NCBI GenBank assembly: GCA_002269645.1
Contig: NIVC01002330.1
Location: forward strand, 1-64,000
DNA: 64,000 bases
Direction of reading: 5' to 3'
Source: Macrostomum lignano
Taxonomy: Eukaryota
Shown here: positions 44,301-55,356 of the stretch, piece by piece
How positions within the stretch are numbered: position 1 is the first letter of the stretch
How the letters are laid out: each line of letters begins with the position of its first letter
The notes under the pieces: generated by a model
What the model was told of the DNA's origin: nothing
Databases searched by the model: none
Seen by the model: the letters and a program-made list of their open reading frames with translations, nothing else
Translations under genes and position numbers: made by a program

Positions 44301-45065
44301 AATTCCTTCAGGGCGAGCCCGAAGGTTTCCCAATCAGTATTTCTGGCGTTCCGTCTCCACGTAACACGAGTTGCTCTACGCGCGGCCATTAGGTTGAAGG
44401 AGATGAACTTGTGATCCGAGAGTGAGGACACTGGAAGCACCCGCCACGCCCCAATACTCTGGTAGAGTCTGGGCGTTGCGAGCGTAGCGTCGATCGCCTC
44501 CGACCACGTCCGTTGTCAAAGGTAGGGGTGGACCCAGATTTGCAGAACTCGAGGGTCGTAGAGGCAACGTAGGCTAGGAGGTCTTCGCCTCTCTGATTAA
44601 TGCCAGTGCTGCCCCAGTGAGTGTGGTGGCGTTGATGTCGCCGGCAACCATGAGCTCGTAGTTTTTGGCAGAGCAGAGCTCTACCAGCGTAGCGAGGGCT
44701 CTGGGGACGACCGCAGCATCGCCTGGTAGGTAAACCGAGGCAATGAGGGTGGTCTTCCCAGGAAGAAGGTCCTCGGATTGGATGACGCAGATGTCCCTGT
44801 TGGACAGGTCCGATCTGAGCCACGCACTGAGCGTTTTGCTCGCAAAGATGCAAGCTCTGGGAGGCTGGTTGGCCTCGCGAGGGTAAGTATAAAAACAATT
44901 GTAGCCAGCAGGGGCGTTTTGAGGCTTACCTCTGAGAGTCCAGGGTTCCTGGACGAGGATGAGCCCCGGCTTGTCGAGCTCGGCGTAACGCATAAGGTTG
45001 ACCGAGGCTGCGACGCAGTGCTGCAGATTAATCTGCAGGCAATGGATTCCCTGGTTGCTGATCAT
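41363..45065 (-). CDS. LINE ORF2 polyprotein (APE endonuclease, RT, RNase H, C-terminal Cys/His knuckle), about 1234 aa, with two 1-bp deletions
   Basis: EN: LQINLQH, VQEPW, AGDINAHH, SDH. RT: KAPGPDG, FRPISL, PQGGVLSP, YADD. RNase H: YTDGS, NEV, SDSQAA, WIPGH, GNELAD. Knuckle: TGHG...CPFC...H..C.CP. Single-base deletions near 44630 and 44506 relative to the outer copy. Confidence 0.92.
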
Positions 45066-45067
45066 TA

Positions 45068-46534
45068 TCACGCAGTTGGGGAATCGTTGAGCAGGTCATC
45101 CTCCTCCTTTTCAGTGGTGGGTGACCCGCAGACCTCCATGGGAGTTTCAGCGTCCTCAGCAGTTAGGGTGGCTGTGGAGTCCTCCGCGGACGTGAGCCCA
45201 GCGTGGACGTTACCGTCGCCTCTCCTGCGTGCTTCGGTGCTGTCACTGCCCGTCCCCTCTGCCTCGTCGGTCAGGTCGATGCGGGTGGCGCCAGCCTCCT
45301 GGTGAGTCACAGACTCGAACCAGTCGGTCGGAGCCTCCCCGCTTAGAGTCTGGCCTTCTGGCTGTTGGGGTGGAGCGCGAGAAGCGCGGGCCCGCTCACG
45401 ATGCGCACGAAGGTTCTTGGCCTGGTCCAGCGCGCGCTGGATCAGGCCGGACCTCCGGGTGCTCCTGGCGGGTCTGCGATTGCGATTTCCGGTTTCAGCA
45501 GCGCGAACTGCCTTACCGGGCATAGGATCGGCCGTTTGCCTCGGCTTCTTTGCCGGAGGAGCCTGGGCCCCAGTTCCGGTTTCGGAAGCTTTGGCATTCT
45601 TGGCTTCATCAGCTTTCCGCTCCTCGCAACGGAGGATGGTCAGCTGAGTCAGACCAATATGAATTGTGGACTTAGGCGGCAAGCGCTTAGCCCAGTCATC
45701 AGAGAGCCCTAGGATCACCGTAGCCCCCTTCTCCTTGCGGGAAGTGGCGTGGTGTAGGAGCCCGTTGACCTTAAGGTCGGGGTGCAGCTTTAGCAATATT
45801 TGCCTAAGCTGATCTCCGGACTTAATGGCACTGCCGGCCGGGATCCAGACGCGAAAGCGCTGGGTCTTCTGTCGTTCGCCCTCGCTGGCGAAGACGAGCT
45901 TGCCGAGCTTCTTGGGCCAGTTCAGCTTTGGCAGAAGCTCGCGTAGATTGCGGCTGCTCTCCTCCGAGCTGCACCAGATGAAGATGCAGCCGTCGGTCTT
46001 GGCAGACTTGACCACGCTCACAGGGCGGCCCGCCAGGAGCTGGTCGATGAGCGCAGCATCGATGGTGCGCCAGGCACTGTCGAGCTCGTCGGCCGTGAGG
46101 TCCTGCTCTTCCCCGAAGACGATGACCGCCGGTTGGAGCTTGACCTTTGAGGCGTAGTTGGTGGCGGCGGTTCCCGAAGGCCCGGCCGCGCTTGTAGCAG
46201 GTATACTGGGTGGCTCACCAGCGGGGGTTGTATCCTGGGGGGCAGGGGTTGCTGTGGTTCCTTTCGGCCCAACAGCAGCCTCGCCCTCCCTAGGTTCCCC
46301 TTCCGCCGGTGGCCGGCCCGCAGTACCCCGTAGTCGCCGTCGCCGCTCGTTGCGGCGTTGGTTGCGGGTGCGTCGGGCTTCAGCGGAGGGCCCGGTTGCG
46401 CGTGCGGGCATGTCACCAGCCGAGCCGGCGGCAAGCCCATCTGCCCCCGGTGGGGCGGCGCTGGTGCCAGAGTCACCGGCCGGAGTTGCCGGGGCCCCGT
46501 CTTCAGCGGGGGTTAAAGAGGCGGATGACGCCAT
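45068..46534 (-). CDS. LINE ORF1 protein (488 aa), no CCHC knuckle, central domain resembling DUF4780 of LOA-type ORF1
   Basis: Intact ORF. GCIFIWCSSEESSRNLRELLPKL...RFRVWIP resembles the LOA-clade ORF1 domain as remembered; not searched. Confidence 0.85.
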   Translation of the reverse strand: MASSASLTPAEDGAPATPAGDSGTSAAPPGADGLAAGSAGDMPARATGPSAEARRTRNQRRNERRRRLRGTAGRPPAEGEPREGEAAVGPKGTTATPAPQDTTPAGEPPSIPATSAAGPSGTAATNYASKVKLQPAVIVFGEEQDLTADELDSAWRTIDAALIDQLLAGRPVSVVKSAKTDGCIFIWCSSEESSRNLRELLPKLNWPKKLGKLVFASEGERQKTQRFRVWIPAGSAIKSGDQLRQILLKLHPDLKVNGLLHHATSRKEKGATVILGLSDDWAKRLPPKSTIHIGLTQLTILRCEERKADEAKNAKASETGTGAQAPPAKKPRQTADPMPGKAVRAAETGNRNRRPARSTRRSGLIQRALDQAKNLRAHRERARASRAPPQQPEGQTLSGEAPTDWFESVTHQEAGATRIDLTDEAEGTGSDSTEARRRGDGNVHAGLTSAEDSTATLTAEDAETPMEVCGSPTTEKEEDDLLNDSPTA

Positions 46535-47754
46535 AGCTGAAAGCGGGAAGGAGTGAGCTGAGTCACAAAAGAAAGAGGAAAGAAGAAAAAGAAAAGGACC
46601 GCTAGCGACCGGACAACCCCCCGGCCTTCCAGCCCATCGGCACGGTCAAACACCTTAGGCATTAGGGGGTACGTTAAGCAGTACCACGGCCTGCAGGCTG
46701 GCAAGCCAGACCCGCATACCCAAATTCGGCCGAAGCCACTGGATGGGTCGCCAGCGTCGGAGCCCAGTCTGTCCAGCAGCCCTAGGGTCTGCCTTGAACA
46801 CACGCGGGGACGAGTACCCTGGGTCGACTTGTGAAACAGCGTGAGGGGGGGGGGGTCTGCGGCTGCCAGTGGCAAATAGCGGGTGCAGACCTCCCTCTCC
46901 AGCCTTGACCTGCTGAATATAGGGGCAGGCGTGAAGCATCGCAGACCGTAGCCCTTAGGCCTGGTCTGTCTCATACTTCACTGGCGTGCTGAATACACCT
47001 TCGCGTGCTCCCGGCCGGCAGTGCCATTAAGTCCGGAGATCAGCTTAGGCAAATATTGCTAAAGCTGCACCTCTGACCTTGAGGTCAACGGGCTCCTACA
47101 CCACGCCACTTCCCGCAAGGAGAAGGGGGCTACGGTGATCCTAGGGCTCTCTGATGACTGGGCTAAGCGCTTGCCGCCTAAGTCCACAATTCATATTGGT
47201 CTGACTCAGCTGACCATCCTCCGTTGCGAGGAGCGGAAAGCTGATGAAGCCAAGAATGCCAAGGCTTCCGAAACCGGAACTGGGGCCCAGGCTCCTCCGG
47301 CAAAGAAGCCGAGGCAAACGGCCGATCCTATGCCCGGTAAGGCAGTTCGCGCTGCTGAAACCGCGCTGCTGAAACCTTGATCCAGCGCGCGCTGGACCAG
47401 GCCAAGAACCTTCGGGCATCGTGAGCGGGCCCGCGCTTCTCGCGCTCCACCCCAACAGCCAGAAGGCCAGGCTCTAAGCGGGGAGGCTCCGACCGACTGG
47501 TTCGAGTCTGTGACTCACCAGGAGGCTGGCGCCACCCGCATCGACCTGACCGACGAGGCAGAGGGGACGGGCAGTGACAGCTCCGAAGCACGCAGGGGAG
47601 GCGACGGTAACGTCCACGCTGGGCTCACGTCCGCGGAGGACTCCACAGCCACCCTAACTGCTGAGGACGCTGAAACTCCGATGGAGGTCTGCGGGTCACC
47701 CACCACTGAAAAGGAGGAGTATGACCTGCTCAACGATTCCCCAACTGCGTGATA

Positions 47755-50700
47755 ATGATCAGCAACCAGGGAATCCATTGCCTGCAGATTAATCTGCAGC
47801 ACTGCGTCGCAGCCTCGGTCAACCTTATGCGTTACGCCGAGCTCGACAAGCCGGGGCTCATCCTCGTCCAGGAACCCTGGACTCTCAGAGGTAAGCCTCA
47901 AAACGCCCCTGCTGGCTACAATTGTTTTTATACTTACCCTCGCGAGGCCAACCAGCCTCCCAGAGCTTGCATCTTTGCGAGCAAAACGCTCAGTGCGTGG
48001 CTCAGATCGGACCTGTCCAACAGGGACATCTGCGTCATCCAATCCGAGGACCTTCTTCCTGGGAAGACCACCCTCATTGCCTCGGTTTACCTACCAGGCG
48101 ATGCTGCGGTCGTCCCCAGAGCCCTCGCTACGCTGGTAGAGCTCTGCTCTGCCAAAAACTACGAGCTCATGGTTGCCGGCGACATCAACGCACACCACAC
48201 TCACTGGGGCAGCACTGGCATTAATCAGAGAGGCGAAGACCTCCTAGCCTACGTTGCCTCTACGACCCTCGAGTTCTGCAAATCTGGGTCCACCCCTACC
48301 TTTGACAACGGACGATGGTCGGAGGCGATCGACGCTACGCTCGCAACGCCCAGACTCTACCAGAGTATTGGGGCGTGGCGGGTGCTTCCAGTGTCCTCAC
48401 TCTCGGATCACAAGTTCATCTCCTTCAACCTAATGGCCGCGCGTAGAGCAACTCGTGTTACGTGGAGACGGAACGCCAGAAATACTGATTGGGAAACCTT
48501 CGGGCTCGCCCTGAAGGAATTCCATCGGTCTCCTGGCCAACCATCCACGATCACGTCGTGCCGAGAAGCGGATGAGTGCGCGACTGTTTTGACAGAGACG
48601 CTAACCGCCGCCTTTGAGGCGTCCTGCCCTTTAAAAACCTATAAAGGTAAAAAATCGGCGCCGTGGTGGAATCCCGAGCTCGGCAACCTCCGTTGCAGGG
48701 CTAAGAGACTCCACCGCAGAGCAACTAAAACTAAGAGCCCAGCGGACCAAACCGCCTATCATGAAGCAATTCATGAGTTTAAAAGGCAGGTTAGGAATGC
48801 AAAGGCTCTAAAATGGCGACAGTACTGTGAGGAGCTAGAGGGCTCACGCCCCACCTCCAGAGTTGTGAAAGCGCTCACGCTGGACAAAATGTCTAAGCTC
48901 TCTTCGGTCAAACGCACCGACGGTACGTCCACGGACAACCCAGGGGAAACGCTTGATGTAATGCTCACTGCGTTTTTCCCCAACGAGCCAGCTAACCCGA
49001 CCACTCCGGATCACTCGGAGGGAGGTCACGCGCTGGCTGCCCCTATCATCACGGAGGGCGGCATCGTGAGAGCGGCAAATTCCTTCAAGCCTTTCAAAGC
49101 CCCAGGACCCGACGGCATTGTACCGGCCCTCCTAAGAGAGGCGGTTAAATGCCCACGCTTCCTGCGCAAACTTTGCAGCCTTCTTGGGGCATGCATCACG
49201 CTTGGTTATGTCCCACAGGCATGGACCGAGGCAAAGGTGATCTTTATCTCTAAGCCAGGCCACCCGGACTACCATTCTATCAAACCCTTCAGACCGATCA
49301 GCTTGACCTCCTCCCTGGTCAAGCTGATGGAGAGACTGGTGCTTTGGCGCCTTCTCTCTGTTGAGCTGAAGAACAAACCTCTCAGCGAGAACCAGCACGC
49401 TTTTCGGGCGGGTCGCTCCACTGAAAGCGCGCTGCACGTCCTGGTCGATAAACTCGAGAAGGCCGTGCTTGGTAATGGCTTTGCTCTGGGGATCTTCCTG
49501 GACATCATTGGCGCCTTCGATAACGTCCTCTTTGAGGCGTTCCGAAGAGCTCTTTGTGAGAGGCAAACGCACTCACATCTCACCAGATGGATCATGTACA
49601 TGATCAGCCATCGCACGGCCACCGCCAGTCTGCTGGGCTACCAGAGGACGGTCCCCGTCTGCAAAGGTAGCCCGCAAGGTGGGGTGCTGTCTCCAGTTCT
49701 CTGGAATATGGCCATCGATGAGCTCCTCTGGGATGTTCGGCCTGACCCCATTCTGAAAGTTTGATATGCGGACGACGTCACCGCGGTGGCATCTGGTCCG
49801 TCCCCTGATACCCTCAGGGACCTTCTTCAGAACTTTATCTACGCCGCTGAGCAATGGGCGGACCGCTGTGGTTTAAGGCTCTCTGAGACTAAGACCGCAG
49901 CGATCATGTTCACCAGCAGGACCAAGTGGCAGATTCGGCCGCTCACGCTTTACGGAAGGGAAATCCCCTTCTGCAAGCAGACTAAATGTCTGGGTATTAC
50001 CCTGGACCACAGACTGAACTGGTCACCCCACGTTCAAACAAAAGCCAAAAAGGCCTTCGCAGTCCTCGCGCAATTGCGCAGGGCTGTCGGCACCACCTGG
50101 GGGCTCACCCCCAAGCGCCTCTGGTGGATCTACACTGCAATGGTTAGGCCCGCTATCTCGTATGGCGGCCTGATCTGGGCTAGCGCCCTGCAGATAAAGA
50201 CCTGTCTAGAGGCTCTCAGGAGAGCGCAAGGGCGCGCATGTCGCACGATCATGAGCGCCCCTCCGTCTGCTCCTTACGATGGCCTCTACGCCTTCCTCAA
50301 CATTCCCCCGCTGGACATCTTTGTCCGCAGGAAAGCGGCTAAGACTGCCCGCCGTCTAGCTGACGCTGGCATTCGAATCCAGCCCCATAGGGCCATGGCT
50401 AAGCGCAAGCTTCTGCCCCACGCCGACCTCTGCCTCAAGGACTTGAGAGACAGCGGCGGGCTCCACGTCCTATCTGACGGCGAACCCCGCACTCTCAACC
50501 TCTTTCAGCGCTACAAGGTCACCATCCCCTCTAGGGATGCTAGGGATGCTGCCAATGACCACTGGAATTTCCAGGAGGTCCATTGCTACACGGACGGATC
50601 CATCAAAGACGGCCGCCGGCTTTGGGGTCTGCATCATCATCAACGGCCGCGTAATTGCCACGCATGCCCAGCACACTGGTAGACTCTCCACAGTCTTCCA

Positions 50701-51466
50701 GAACGAAGTCCTTGCCATCAGCTCTTGCGCTGCAGAGCTAAACGCCAAGGTTACGAGAGGAAAGACTATTGTCATCCACTCCGACAGCCAAGCGGCCTTA
50801 CAGGCCCTTTGCCACACCACAACGAACTCCCGGACAGTCGCCGACTGCGCCCGGCAGCTCAACCTCCTGGCCAGAAGCAATACTGTCAGGCTGAAGTGGA
50901 TCCCAGGGCACGCAGGGTTTCCGGGGAACGAGCTGGCAGACACCCTCGCCAAGAGGGGCGGCTCTGGCTCTTTCTTCGGCCCTGCCCCCCTGGTCCCTAT
51001 GCCCTTGACAGTCATCAATCGTCAGATTGACGACTGGGCTGACTCCCTCCACAGGGACAGATGGGCGGGCACCCAAAACTGCCGGCAATCTCGTGCCGCG
51101 GTTCCTTGCCCGTCTCGCAGGCTCAGAAACATCCTTCTGAACTAGAATCGGAAGGATATTCGAGCCCTTGTCATGACCCTTACCGGCCATGGCTACCTCG
51201 CCAGGCACTGCTTCCTCCGAGGCCACATCGAGAGCGAACTTTGCCTCTTTTGCGAGTGCGACAATGAAGATACTCAGCACTTTGTCTGTCACTGCCCCTT
51301 CTTTAACAGAGGCCGGCTACGCTACCTCGGGCCGAACCCGTCCATTGACGAGGTCTGCCAGCCCGACAGCATCTCACGGCTCATCCAGTTCCTTCGGGCG
51401 ACTAGACGAGCCAGTTTCTTCCCAACGGAAGATCACGCTGCAGGACGGACCGGCGGACCACCCTGA
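47755..51466 (+). pseudogene. Disrupted ORF2 of the outer LINE
   Basis: TGA at 49762-49764 in place of the G of GYADD, 9-bp duplication near 50532-50550, 2-bp deletion near 50615, TAG at 51143-51145. Confidence 0.92.
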
Positions 51467-54400
51467 CCGGCCCCACGCCTCTGCCTGTCTGCGGGCCTTC
51501 AGGGACTAGCGGAATGGGCGACTCTCGCCCCCCCCCCGCTGTGTCTACGGACCACCCTGCAGCTAAGTCAAGTAAGTCAAGAGTAGACGAGAAGACAAAC
51601 AAAGAGTTCCTAGAGTCTTTGAAGAGAAACAAAGACTCTAGGAATCAAGAGGCCCAGAAGGAAACTATAGTTCCGCGAGCCATAGGGCCCGTAGGAAATT
51701 GTAAGGCACTCGCGACAAGAGGCTTGTCTCGGTCCCGCGCTAAGTTTCACAGTCGTGATATATTACCCGTCGGCAGTAGCGTGGTTCACATCAATTTATT
51801 ATTCAGACCGTCAACTTTAATAAATATCGACCTTTTACATTTCGTGGAACCGGCATTGGGATTAGCGTGAATTATTTTGCTAGCGACTTAGAGGGCCGTT
51901 ACGTTTGGTGTCTTAGCGGTGGAATTTAGTAGTCAACACCGGAGTTTTTAACTAACCATCAGCCCGTTACATAACTATATGGCGCCTTGACGTGGTGGAA
52001 ACTTTTCGTCGAATTGAATTTCGCCGAAATGACTTTTCGCCGAAATGATCGTAACCCGTATAATCGACTGTTGACTTTCCAGACATCAAGGCGAACGTTT
52101 AAATTGGCACTTTTCACTCATTTTTCTCCTCATTGGCGAAGGTAGCAATGAATTGAATACAGCTGATTGAAGGGTTCTTGGCCTACATCAAGGTGCTACT
52201 AACCAGTTTCGCCGAGTCGAAAGCAGCTGTACCATAGCATAGTTGATTTTGTGTGAAGATCAATAGATGCGATCTTGCCTGCTCTGACGTTCACATGGAT
52301 TTCGTAAAGGATGAATTGGCTACTAGGCATGTGATCTGCTGAAAATTTGAACGGTTGAAAGTTGAAAGGTTTTGGTCGCTCGGCTCTCGTGTCCGGTTGG
52401 CAACTTGTACTACTACTTACTGATTCCTGGAACTTCTGGTCCTGCTCGAACTTCGATGTACTCCAAAAGCTTCTAATTTTTTCCTCTGCAATTTCAGCTG
52501 CCGCGAGCGAAAGTAGTGCCACAACGCCAGCTCTTTTACTTCAGAAATATTTATTCTCCTCCTAATTGATTCAACTGGAGATGATTCACATATCTGTGTC
52601 ACTTTGCTTTTCCTTTGAGAAAATTTCTTGCACATCCAGAAAACTCCGGAAAACACGCGTGAATACGAATAAAACTTTCTAGAAATATACACGCAAACAA
52701 AGCTTCCTGGTCACGCTGGAAGTTTCTAGAAAGTCTGTCTCAATATGACAATTATTTTTGTAGAAAATAATAACTTTTAAGTAACTTTTAAGCCTAATAA
52801 GTGACAAAATAGATAATAGGGAGCAAGTAGCAAATGTAACACGTTATCGAGTGTCAGGTCGATCTGAAAGTTTCTGTCACTTTCTGATCGTTCTGAAAGT
52901 TCAGGAATCATATCATTTCAGTTTTAAGGTTCAGTTTAACTCAAGCAGTTCCGCTTAGGTCAGTTTAAAGGGAGAGGCCATTTCGGTAACAACCAGAAGA
53001 ACATATTCCAAAAGCATTCTATGACTATGGGAATGGGCATGGGCATGGCTTGGGTGAAATTTTAAACATCTTGTTACTAAATGTTAGTAAAATAGAAAGG
53101 TCTCGGAAACCTAATCATCAATTTCTGTTCTTTTCATGTTATAAGTTTTTTATTTTAAATTAAAGAAAGAAATTGAAGAATTGGTAGTTTTCCTTTTGTT
53201 AAATTATTTTATATATTTGCATAGCCATAGATAGGCATTGACCTATATGCTATATTGGCTCTTATTCCCATGCTATGTAGCCATTAGGCCTAATTAAAAT
53301 AATTGAAAAATATACCTTTATAGTATAATTTTTCTATATTATTTTAAGGCTTTAAGTGAGTTTGTCTTATATAGTTATATTATACAAAGTCAAAGAGCCT
53401 AATATAAAAGTTATTGATTTCAATTCTATTTTTATTTTGTTGTTTTTAATTTAATAAGACAGCCCTAGATTTTAAATTCTAATCTATATATATTTAAAAT
53501 CCTAGTCTATATAATAAGATTTTAAAATAATAAAATAGATATTAGGGGTACCAGTTGTTTCAATAAGTTGGTGACAAGTTGTTTCGGTGACAGTTGTTTT
53601 GATGACAAGTAATCAATTGCTTTTGTGATAGACACACTATTTTTGATGAAAGATTAAAGATTCCATAATTATAGTTATTTTAGTAATGACAGGTGTTTCA
53701 TAATATTAGCTTGTTATAGTTGTTTTGTTAGGCCTAAGATTTATATTTCATATATATATTTAAAAAGTTCCATCAAAAGATTAATATATTTAAAAAAAAA
53801 TAAAAAAGAAAAGAAATCAAACTAATTATATTGTTTTCATTGTGCAGAGATTGTTTTGAATTGTCCTAGAATATTTAATCATATAAACTATAAACCTATA
53901 AAGAATCCTCATGAAATGCCAACCACAAAAAGCAAAGATATTCACTAGACACTATGGTTGGCTGGATTCATTTAGATTGGAAAATATAAATTCAAAAAAT
54001 TGCAACTCTTGTAAATAAACAAAATTAAATAAAGCAATACTTAACTGGTTCAGAAATTTATAAAAGTTTTGGTCAATATCCCTTAAGATTTGCAAGGTAA
54101 TTTTTGTTTAAAAACAGAATGACTAGGCTCTAGGGGGGGATTGGTTAGACAAAAGGTTTAGAAAAAGTGTTAGAGAGAAACAATTATTTAGCTAACGTTG
54201 TTAAATATTAGATAGTAGTTAAAGGGATTCATTTATTAATAGACCCTAACAAAAAACAAACTTATAGTATATTCACTTAATGACATATATGCAAAATACC
54301 TAGTTACAAGTTTAGATAACTTGCATAATCTAACTTTTCTCAAATAAACAAAAAGATAGATCTAACCTCTTTTTCTCTTTATTTTTACTGATTTTGTAAT

Positions 54401-54705
54401 CCAATAGTCTCCACCTCTTATAAAATATTAAAGTAGCAAATACTTAAATGGATTAAAAAATTATAACAATTTTAGCATTCTATTTGGAGAAAAATAAATC
54501 AACAGTTGCTAAAAAAGTGGGGGGTGGGCATGGCTCCCCTGCCCCCCCCCCCATTCTGATGCTTATGTTACTAGATATGGGAAATGTGTGTTCCTGTAAC
54601 CAAACTATGGTAGAACTCTTCATGTGAATTCCAAGAAAAGTTAATTTAATCCACCTGATCAATTCATGTTCCACAGTACACAGTAAATTCCAATCAATCT
54701 ATAGC

Positions 54706-55303
54706 ATGGGTGAGTTCATTGGAGCCCAGCTGCAGTTAGACTGTGGCCCACTACTAGGCACATTTGTTGGCACAGTTGTTGACGTTAGCAACGAGAAGGT
54801 GACACTGCGCGATGCCAGCCGCAATGGACTGCCCAGCGATACTAGTGAGGTGACACTGCACAGGTCATCGATCGTTAGCATTGTCATGCTGCAGTCCAAG
54901 GATGCTCTGGCTGCTGCCGCTGCCGCTACCACTTCTGCTTCGACAGAAACCGCAAAGCAACAACCAAAAAAGCAGCAGCTGACAGCAACCTCAGCTTCAG
55001 CCACTTCGGCTGCTGCTATTGCAAAGCAGCAGCGCACAGCCGAGAAGCTGATGAGCATACCAAATGCAACACCTGCTTATATTTGCTCCAGCCCGCCTGT
55101 TAAGGCCCCGTCGCACTTCTCTGGTAGCAACAAGAAGAAGCAACAGCAGCCTAAGGATTCACCGATGCAGCAGCAGCAGCAGCAACGAGGCGTTACTCCA
55201 ACTAGAAAGACGCCGATTGGAGAGCAGCAATGTCGACAAGTGCGTAGCTTACAGTATATCTATTCAGCTATGATTACCCGCTGTTAGGAGATAGATAGAT
55301 CGT

Positions 55304-55356
<53 letters not shown>

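Larger units (their letters stand above)
41248..47007 (-). mobile_element. Inner, near-intact full-length LINE of the same family (5760 bp), inserted antisense in ORF1 of the outer copy
   Basis: TSD TCCCGGCCGG(C) at 41237-41247 and 47009-47019. The outer ORF1 resumes exactly (RVWIP|AGSAIKSGDQ). 9-bp tail repeats (TAAGTCAAG) at about 41248-41268. Confidence 0.95.
40543..47752 (+). pseudogene. Disrupted ORF1 of the outer LINE
   Basis: Premature TAG at 40888-40890, interruption by the inner element (41248-47008), a frameshift near 47073, and a deletion with duplicated filler near 47360-47380. Confidence 0.88.
39268..51580 (+). mobile_element. Outer, degenerate non-LTR retrotransposon (LOA/R1-group LINE: ORF1 plus APE-RT-RNaseH ORF2), split by two nested insertions
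   Basis: 5' end CACGCGAAGG at 39268 matches the 5' end of the inner copy. Tail TAAGTCAAG repeats at 51564-51581. TSD AGAGTAGACGA at 39254-39264 and 51580-51590. ORF1 40543-41247 plus 47009-47752; ORF2 47755-51466. Native length about 5.7 kb after removing the inserts. Confidence 0.93.

Noticed and set aside
41537-51292. Numerous 60-180 aa ORFs antisense to the LINE ORFs
   Set aside because: Expected shadow ORFs of GC-rich coding sequence, duplicated because the element is duplicated
41248-51580. Inverted duplication as an assembly fold-back artefact
   Set aside because: Both copies have independent TSDs, own tails and distinct mutations, which a read chimera would not produce; still worth confirming with reads
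52000-52060. TTCGCCGAAATGA subterminal-like repeats, with similar motifs at 53545-53610
   Set aside because: Only fragments; element boundaries cannot be defined
52199-52692. Minus-strand ORFs with a strong GTAAGT donor and TTTTCAG acceptor
   Set aside because: Splicing the two annotated frames gives early stops; the third frame gives a short peptide with no recognisable homology. Needs RNA evidence.
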